Shown in pieces: positions 31,341 through 37,417 of a stretch of DNA of 37,417 nucleotides. The notes below the pieces were generated by a model. It was not told the origin of the DNA. It saw nothing but the letters and a program-made list of their open reading frames with translations, and did no database searches. Source of the DNA: a virus. How positions within the stretch are numbered: the stretch's first letter is position 1; every line of letters begins with the position of its first letter. The stretch is from the UHGV virus genome UHGV-0367149; one strand, given 5' to 3'. The translations under genes were made by a program, and so were the position numbers.

Positions 31341-33912
31341 ACCGGTAGGCGATCTGGTCGTTGATTTAAGTCTGGATGCGGCCAGATTTGACGAGCAGAT
31401 GGCCAGAGTCAGGCGTCATTTTTCCGGTACGGAAACTGATGCGAAAAAAACAGCGGCAGTCGTTGAACAGTCGCTGAGCCGACAGGCGCTGGCTGCACAG
31501 AAAGCGGGGATTTCCGTCGGGCAGTATAAAGCCGCCATGCGTATGCTGCCTGCACAGTTCACCGACGTGGCCACGCAGCTTGCAGGCGGGCAAAGCCCGT
31601 GGCTGATCCTGCTGCAACAGGGTGGTCAGGTTAAGGACTCCTTCGGCGGGATGATCCCCATGTTCAGGGGGCTTGCCGGTGCGATCACCCTGCCGATGGT
31701 GGGGGCCACCTCGCTGGCGGTGGCGACCGGTGCGCTGGCGTATGCCTGGTATCAGGGCAACTCAACCCTGTCCGATTTCAACAAAACGTTGGTCCTTTCC
31801 GGCAATCAGGCGGGACTGACGGCAGATCGTATGCTGGTCCTGTCCAGAGCCGGGCAGGCGGCAGGGCTGACGTTTAACCAGACCAGCGAGTCACTGACGG
31901 CGCTGGTGAATGCCGGTGTGCGTGGTGGTGAGCAGTTTGAGGCGATCAGCCAGAGTGTGGCGCGTTTCTCCTCTGCATCCGGCGTGGAGGTGGACAAGGT
32001 CGCTGAAGCCTTCGGGAAGCTGACCACAGACCCGACGTCGGGACTGACAGCGATGGCACGTCAGTTCCATAACGTGACGGCGGAGCAGATTGCGTATGTT
32101 GCTCAGTTGCAGCGTTCCGGAGATGAAGCCGGGGCATTGCAGGCGGCGAACGAGGCCGCAACGAAAGGGTTTGATGACCAGACCCGCCGCCTGAAAGAGA
32201 ACATGGGCACGCTGGAGACCTGGGCAGACAGGACAGCACGGGCATTCAAATCCATGTGGGATTCGGTGCTGGATATTGGTCGCCCGGACACTGCCCAGGG
32301 AATGCTGGAGAAAGCAGAAAAGGCTTTTGATGAGGCGGACAAAAAATGGCAGTGGTATCAGAGCCGGAGCCACCGGCGCGGTAAAACCTCAGCATTTCTT
32401 GCCAATCTCCGGGGAGCATGGGAGGACAGAGCGAATGCGCAACTTGGGCTTTCAGCCGCCACGTTGCAGGCCGATCTTGAAAAGGCCAGAGAGATGGCAG
32501 CAAAGGACTGGGCCGAGTCTGAGGCATCACGGCTGAAATATACCGAAGAGGCGCAGAAGGCTTACGAACGCCTGCAGACGCCGCTGGAGAAATATACCGC
32601 CCGTCAGGAAGAACTGAACAAGGCACTGAAGGACGGGAAAATTCTGCAGGCAGATTACAACACGCTGATGGCGGCGGCGAAAAAGGACTATGAAGCGACG
32701 CTGAAAAAGCCGAAACAGTCCGGCGTGAAGGTGTCTGCGGGCGATCGTCAGGAAGACAGTGCTCATGCTGCCCTGCTGACGCTTCAGGCAGAACTCCGGA
32801 CGCTGGAGAAGCATGCCGGAGCAAATGAGAAAATCAGCCAGCAGCGCCGGGATTTGTGGAAGGCGGAGAGTCAGTTCGCGGTACTGGAGGAGGCGGCGCA
32901 ACGTCGCCAGCTGTCTGCACAGGAGAAATCCCTGCTGGCGCATAAAGATGAGACGCTGGAGTACAAACGCCAGCTGGCTGCACTTGGCGACAAGGTTACG
33001 TATCAGGAGCGCCTGAACGCGCTGGCGCAGCAGGCGGATAAATTCGCACAGCAGCAACGGGCAAAACGGGCCGCTATTGATGCGAAAAGCCGGGGGCTGA
33101 CTGACCGGCAGGCAGAACGGGAAGCCACGGAACAGCGCCTGAAGGAACAGTATGGCGATAATCCTCTGGCGCTGAATAACGTCATGTCAGAGCAGAAAAA
33201 GACCTGGGCGGCTGAAGACCTGCTTCGCGGGAACTGGATGGCAGGCCTCAGGTCCGGCTGGAGCGAGTGGAAAGAGAGTGCCACGGACAGTATGTCGCAG
33301 GTTAAAAGTGCAGCCACGCAGACCTTTGATGGTATTGCGCAGAATATGGCGGCGATGCTGACCGGCAGTGAACAGAACTGGCGCAGCTTCACCCGCTCCG
33401 TGCTGTCCATGATGACAGAAATTCTGCTTAAGCAGGCAATGGTGGGGATTGTCGGGAGTATCGGCAGCGCCATTGGCGGGGCTGTTGGTGGCGGCGCATC
33501 CGCGTCAGGCGGTACAGCCATTCAGGCCGCTGCGGCGAAATTCCATTTTGCGACCGGGGGATTTACGGGAACCGGCGGCAAATATGAGCCAGCGGGGATT
33601 GTTCACCGTGGTGAATTTGTCTTCACGAAGGAGGCAACCAGCCGGATTGGTGTCGGCAACCTGTACCGCCTGATGCGGGGCTATGCGGAAGGTGGTTATG
33701 TGGGCGGTGCCGGAAGTCCGGCGCAGATGCGGCGGGCTGAAGGCATTAATTTTAATCAGAACAATCACGTGGTGATTCAGAACGACGGTACGAATGGTCT
33801 GCCAGGTCCACAGATGATGAAGGCGGTGTATGACATGGCCCGCAAGGGTGCCCGTGATGAAATCCAGGCACAGATGCGCGATGGTGGTCTGTTCTCCGGA
33901 GGTGGACGATGA
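31333..33912 (+). CDS. H: tail tape-measure protein H
   Basis: 859 aa (lambda H is 853 aa as recalled). Coiled-coil-rich with a Gly-rich C-terminal segment, lambda gpH-like. Confidence 0.92.
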   Translation: MAEPVGDLVVDLSLDAARFDEQMARVRRHFSGTETDAKKTAAVVEQSLSRQALAAQKAGISVGQYKAAMRMLPAQFTDVATQLAGGQSPWLILLQQGGQVKDSFGGMIPMFRGLAGAITLPMVGATSLAVATGALAYAWYQGNSTLSDFNKTLVLSGNQAGLTADRMLVLSRAGQAAGLTFNQTSESLTALVNAGVRGGEQFEAISQSVARFSSASGVEVDKVAEAFGKLTTDPTSGLTAMARQFHNVTAEQIAYVAQLQRSGDEAGALQAANEAATKGFDDQTRRLKENMGTLETWADRTARAFKSMWDSVLDIGRPDTAQGMLEKAEKAFDEADKKWQWYQSRSHRRGKTSAFLANLRGAWEDRANAQLGLSAATLQADLEKAREMAAKDWAESEASRLKYTEEAQKAYERLQTPLEKYTARQEELNKALKDGKILQADYNTLMAAAKKDYEATLKKPKQSGVKVSAGDRQEDSAHAALLTLQAELRTLEKHAGANEKISQQRRDLWKAESQFAVLEEAAQRRQLSAQEKSLLAHKDETLEYKRQLAALGDKVTYQERLNALAQQADKFAQQQRAKRAAIDAKSRGLTDRQAEREATEQRLKEQYGDNPLALNNVMSEQKKTWAAEDLLRGNWMAGLRSGWSEWKESATDSMSQVKSAATQTFDGIAQNMAAMLTGSEQNWRSFTRSVLSMMTEILLKQAMVGIVGSIGSAIGGAVGGGASASGGTAIQAAAAKFHFATGGFTGTGGKYEPAGIVHRGEFVFTKEATSRIGVGNLYRLMRGYAEGGYVGGAGSPAQMRRAEGINFNQNNHVVIQNDGTNGLPGPQMMKAVYDMARKGARDEIQAQMRDGGLFSGGGR

Positions 33913-34238
33913 AAACCTTCCGCTGGAAAGTGAAACCCGGTATGGATGTGGCTTCGGCCCCTTCTGTAAGAAAGGTGCGCTTTGGTGATGGCTATTCCCA
34001 GCGAGCGCCTGCCGGGCTGAATGCCAACCTGAAAACGTACAGCGTGACGCTTTCTGTCCCCCGTGAGGAGGCCACGGTACTGGAGTCGTTTCTGGAAGAG
34101 CACGGGGGCTGGAAAGCCTTTCTGTGGACGCCGCCTTATGAGTGGCGGCAGATAAAGGTGACCTGCGCAAAATGGTCGTCGCGGGTCAGTATGCTGCGTG
34201 TTGAGTTCAGCGCAGAGTTTGAACAGGTGGTGAACTGA
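33909..34238 (+). CDS. M: tail tip protein M
   Basis: 109 aa MKTFRWKVKPGMDVASAPSVRKVRFGDGYSQRAPAGLNANLKTYSVTL..., lambda gpM-like. Confidence 0.92.
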   Translation: MKTFRWKVKPGMDVASAPSVRKVRFGDGYSQRAPAGLNANLKTYSVTLSVPREEATVLESFLEEHGGWKAFLWTPPYEWRQIKVTCAKWSSRVSMLRVEFSAEFEQVVN

Positions 34239-34936
34239 TGCAGGATATCCGGCAGGAAACACTGAATGAATGCACCCGTGCGGAGCAGTCGGCCAGCGTG
34301 GTGCTCTGGGAAATCGACCTGACAGAGGTCGGTGGAGAACGTTATTTTTTCTGTAATGAGCAGAACGAAAAAGGTGAGCCGGTCACCTGGCAGGGGCGAC
34401 AGTATCAGCCGTATCCCATTCAGGGGAGTGGTTTTGAACTGAATGGCAAAGGCACCAGTACGCGCCCCACGCTGACGGTTTCTAACCTGTACGGTATGGT
34501 CACCGAGATGGCGGAAGATCTGCAGAGTCTGGTCGGCGGAACGGTGGTCCGGCGTAAGGTTTACGCCCGTTTTCTGGATGCGGTGAACTTCGTCAACGGA
34601 AACAGCGACGCCGATCCGGAGCAGGAGGTGATCAGCCGCTGGCGCATCGAGCAGTGCAGCGAACTGAGCGCGGTCAGTGCTTCCTTTGTGCTCTCCACAC
34701 CGACGGAAACGGATGGTGCCGTTTTTCCGGGCCGCATCATGCTGGCTAATACCTGCACCTGGACCTATCGCGGTGATGAGTGCGGTTATCACGGTCCGGC
34801 TGTCGCGGATGAATATGACCAGCCGACGTCCGATATCACGAAGGATAAATGCAGCAAATGCCTGAGCGGTTGTAAGTTTCGCAATAACGTCGGCAACTTT
34901 GGCGGCTTCCTTTCCATTAACAAACTTTCGCAGTAA
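34238..34936 (+). CDS. L: tail tip protein L
   Basis: 232 aa with a C-terminal Cys cluster (CTWTYRGDECGYHGP...DKCSKCLSGCKF), lambda gpL-like. Confidence 0.92.
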   Translation: MQDIRQETLNECTRAEQSASVVLWEIDLTEVGGERYFFCNEQNEKGEPVTWQGRQYQPYPIQGSGFELNGKGTSTRPTLTVSNLYGMVTEMAEDLQSLVGGTVVRRKVYARFLDAVNFVNGNSDADPEQEVISRWRIEQCSELSAVSASFVLSTPTETDGAVFPGRIMLANTCTWTYRGDECGYHGPAVADEYDQPTSDITKDKCSKCLSGCKFRNNVGNFGGFLSINKLSQ

Positions 34937-34941
34937 ATCCC

Positions 34942-35685
34942 ATGACAGAGACAGAATCAGCGATTCTGGCGCACGCCCGGCGATGTGCGCCAGCGGAGTC
35001 GTGCGGCTTCGTGGTAAGCACGCCGGAAGGGGAAAGATATTTTCCCTGCGTGAATATCTCCGGTGAGCCGGAGGCGTATTTCCGGATGGCTCCGGAGGAC
35101 TGGCTGCGGGCAGAAATGCAGGGTGAGATTGTGGCGCTGGTCCACAGTCACCCCGGTGCTCTGCCCTGGCTGAGTGAGGCCGACCGGCGGCTGCAGGTGC
35201 AGAGTGATTTGCCGTGGTGGCTGGTCTGCCGGGGGGCGATTCACAAGTTCCGCTGTGTGCCACATCTTACCGGGCGGCGCTTTGAGCACGGGGTGACGGA
35301 CTGTTACACGCTGTTCCGGGATGCTTACCATCTGGCGGGAATTGAGATGCCTGATTTTCATCGTGAGGATGACTGGTGGCGTCACGGTCAGAATCTCTAT
35401 CTGGATAATCTGGAGGCCACAGGGCTGTATCAGGTGCCGTTGTCAGCGGCGCAGCCGGGCGATGTGCTGCTGTGCTGTTTTGGTTCATCGGTGCCGAATC
35501 ATGCCGCCATTTACTGCGGCGACGGCGAGCTGTTGCACCATATTCCTGAACAACTGAGCAAACGAGAGAGGTACACCGACAAATGGCAGCGACGCACACA
35601 CTCCCTCTGGCGTCACCGGGCATGGCACGCATCTGCCTTTACGGGGATTTACAACGATTTGGCCGCCGCATCGACCTTCGTGTGA
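34942..35685 (+). CDS. K: tail tip assembly protein K (JAMM/MPN plus NlpC/P60-like)
   Basis: 247-aa ORF. The classical lambda K (199 aa as recalled) would begin at the internal Met at 35086. The JAMM-like motif HSHPGALPWLSEAD lies near that start and the upstream extension is protein-like, so the long form is preferred. Confidence 0.8.
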   Translation: MTETESAILAHARRCAPAESCGFVVSTPEGERYFPCVNISGEPEAYFRMAPEDWLRAEMQGEIVALVHSHPGALPWLSEADRRLQVQSDLPWWLVCRGAIHKFRCVPHLTGRRFEHGVTDCYTLFRDAYHLAGIEMPDFHREDDWWRHGQNLYLDNLEATGLYQVPLSAAQPGDVLLCCFGSSVPNHAAIYCGDGELLHHIPEQLSKRERYTDKWQRRTHSLWRHRAWHASAFTGIYNDLAAASTFV

Positions 35686-36224
35686 AAACGGGGGCCGAAG
35701 CCATCCGGGCGCTGGCCACGCAGCTTCCGTCGTTTCGCCAGAAACTGAATGAGGGCTGGTATCAGGTGCGCATTGCCGGGCGTGATGCAGGCGAAAATGA
35801 ATTATCAGCCCGTCTTAATGAACCGCTGGCAAATGGTGCTGTGATCCATATCGTGCCGCGTCTGGCAGGAGCCAAAAGTGGCGGTGTGTTTCAGGCTGTG
35901 CTGGGGGCGGCTGTTATGGCGGTTGCTATATGGATGCCGGGGGTAGGAATTATGGCGAGTAATCTGCTGTTTTCTCTCGGTGCCAGTATGGTGCTCGGTG
36001 GTGTGGCGCAGATGCTGGCACCGAAAGCCAGAACTCCCCGCACACAGACAACGGATAACGGCAAACAGAACACCTATTTTTCTTCACTGGATAATATGGT
36101 TGCCCAGGGCAATGTCCTGCCCGTTCTGTACGGTGAAATGCGTGTGGGGTCGCGGGTGGTATCTCAGGAGATCAGCACAGCAGATGAAGGGGATGGTGGT
36201 CAGGTTGTGGTGATTGGTCGCTGA
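35583..36224 (+). CDS. I: tail tip assembly protein I
   Basis: 213 aa MAATHTLPLASPGMARICLYGDLQRFGRRIDLRVKTGAEAIRALATQLP..., lambda gpI-like. 103-nt overlap with K, as in lambda. About 10 aa shorter than lambda I as recalled. Confidence 0.88.
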   Translation: MAATHTLPLASPGMARICLYGDLQRFGRRIDLRVKTGAEAIRALATQLPSFRQKLNEGWYQVRIAGRDAGENELSARLNEPLANGAVIHIVPRLAGAKSGGVFQAVLGAAVMAVAIWMPGVGIMASNLLFSLGASMVLGGVAQMLAPKARTPRTQTTDNGKQNTYFSSLDNMVAQGNVLPVLYGEMRVGSRVVSQEISTADEGDGGQVVVIGR

Positions 36225-36284
36225 TGCAAAATGTTTTATGTGAAACCGCCTGCGGGCGGTTTTGTCGTTTATGGAGCGTGAGGA

Positions 36285-37329
36285 ATGGGTAAAGGAAGCA
36301 GTAAGGGGCATACTCCGCGCGAAGCGAAGGACAACCTGAAGACCACGCAGTTGCTGAGTGTGATCGATGCCATCAGCGAAGGGCCGATTGAAGGTCCGGT
36401 GGAGGGATTAAAAAGCGTGCTGCTGAACAGTACGCCGGTGCTGGACAGTGAGGGGAATACCAATATCTCCGGCGTCACGGTGGTGTTCCGGGCCGGTGAG
36501 CAGGAGCAGACTCCGCCGGAGGGATTTGAATCCTCCGGCTCCGAGACGGTGTTGGGTACGGAAGTGAAATACGACACGCCGATCACCCGCGCCATCACGT
36601 CGGCAAACATCGACCGACTGCGCTTTACCTTCGGTGTGCAGGCACTGGTGGAAACCACCTCAAAGGGGGACCGGAATCCGTCGGAAGTTCGCCTGCTGGT
36701 TCAGATACAGCGTAATGGTGGCTGGGTGACGGAAAAAGACATCACCATTAAGGGCAAAACCACCTCGCAGTATCTGGCCTCGGTGGTGGTGGATAACCTG
36801 CCGCCGCGCCCGTTTAATATCCGGATGCGCAGAATGACGCCGGACAGTACCACAGACCAGCTGCAGAACAAAACGCTCTGGTCGTCATACACCGAAATCA
36901 TCGATGTGAAACAGTGCTACCCGAACACGGCACTGGTCGGCGTACAGGTGGATTCGGAGCAGTTCGGCAGCCAGCAGGTGAGCCGTAATTATCATCTGCG
37001 CGGGCGTATTCTGCAGGTGCCGTCGAATTATAACCCGCAGACGCGGCAATACAGCGGTATCTGGGACGGAACGTTTAAACCGGCATACAGCAACAACATG
37101 GCCTGGTGTCTGTGGGATATGCTGACCCACCCGCGCTACGGCATGGGGAAACGTCTTGGTGCGGCAGATGTGGATAAATGGGCGCTGTATGTCATCGGCC
37201 AGTACTGCGACCAGTCGGTGCCGGACGGCTTTGGCAGCACGGAGCCGCGCATCACCTGTAATGCCTGGCTGACCACACAGCGCAAGGCGTGGGATGTGCT
37301 CAGTGATTTCTGCTCGGCGATGCGCTGTA
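36285..37329 (+). CDS. J: tail tip/host-specificity protein J, N-terminal portion only (disrupted by foldback at 37330)
   Basis: MGKGSSKGHTPREAKDNLKTTQLLSVIDAISEGPIEGPVEGLKSVLLNSTPVLD..., lambda gpJ-like. Colinearity with lambda J ends after ...DFCSAMRC; from 37330 the sequence is the reverse complement of upstream J sequence. The ORF-track stop at 37352 is created by the rearrangement. Confidence 0.85.
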
Positions 37330-37417
37330 GGTCAGCCAGGCATTACAGGTGATGCGCGGCTCCGTGCTGCCAAAGCCGTCCGGCACCGACTGGTCGCAGT
37401 ACTGGCCGATGACATAC
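37187..37417. repeat. perfect 88-bp inverted (foldback) duplication: arm 37187-37274, 55-bp spacer, inverted arm 37330-37417 reaching the window end
   Basis: The last 88 nt of the window are the exact reverse complement of 37187-37274. The junction at 37329/37330 coincides with loss of the J reading frame. Confidence 0.85.

Noticed and set aside
32246-33057. Several minus-strand ORFs (79-192 aa) within the tape-measure gene H
   Set aside because: All antisense to H, with highly biased Arg/Ser/Pro/Leu composition; consistent with chance frames.
34136-35263. 375-aa minus-strand ORF spanning M/L/K
   Set aside because: Antisense to three lambda-like tail genes; low-complexity Ala/Pro/Arg-rich translation; no Shine-Dalgarno.

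Overview
This window reads as the left junction and most of a lambdoid prophage of Escherichia/Shigella type, and I did not find a convincingly new, self-contained system in it. All identifications are from reading the sequence and from memory of E. coli K-12 Qin-prophage and phage lambda proteins; no search was run. Layout: a short host gene fragment (MFS transporter, ydfJ-like) abuts the prophage end, followed by integrase, excisionase-like gene and a large exonuclease VIII-like gene. Next comes a Qin-type immunity and cell-division-inhibition module (ydfD, dicB, DicF sRNA, ydfA, DicA-like repressor, divergent DicC-like Cro), then a YdaT-like gene and an O-like replication gene. An IS transposase sits where a helicase-loader and nin region would be expected. 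After it: flxA with a sigma28 promoter, relB-relE-hokD, rem, ydfU, antiterminator Q, cold-shock paralogs cspF/cspB/cspI, a pinholin/SAR-endolysin/spanin lysis cassette, gnsB, ydfO and ynfO. A lambda-type cos site then opens a head and tail module (nu1 through J) that is near-identical in order and protein sequence to phage lambda, including the G-T slippery site. The most notable observations are an 88-bp perfect foldback inverted duplication that truncates J at the window edge, the ynfO (RHH-like) plus ydfO (DUF1398) two-gene cassette next to cos, and several real genes missing from the ORF track (hokD, gnsB, DicF). Coordinates for features not in the ORF track were derived by hand-counting and could be off by a base or two.
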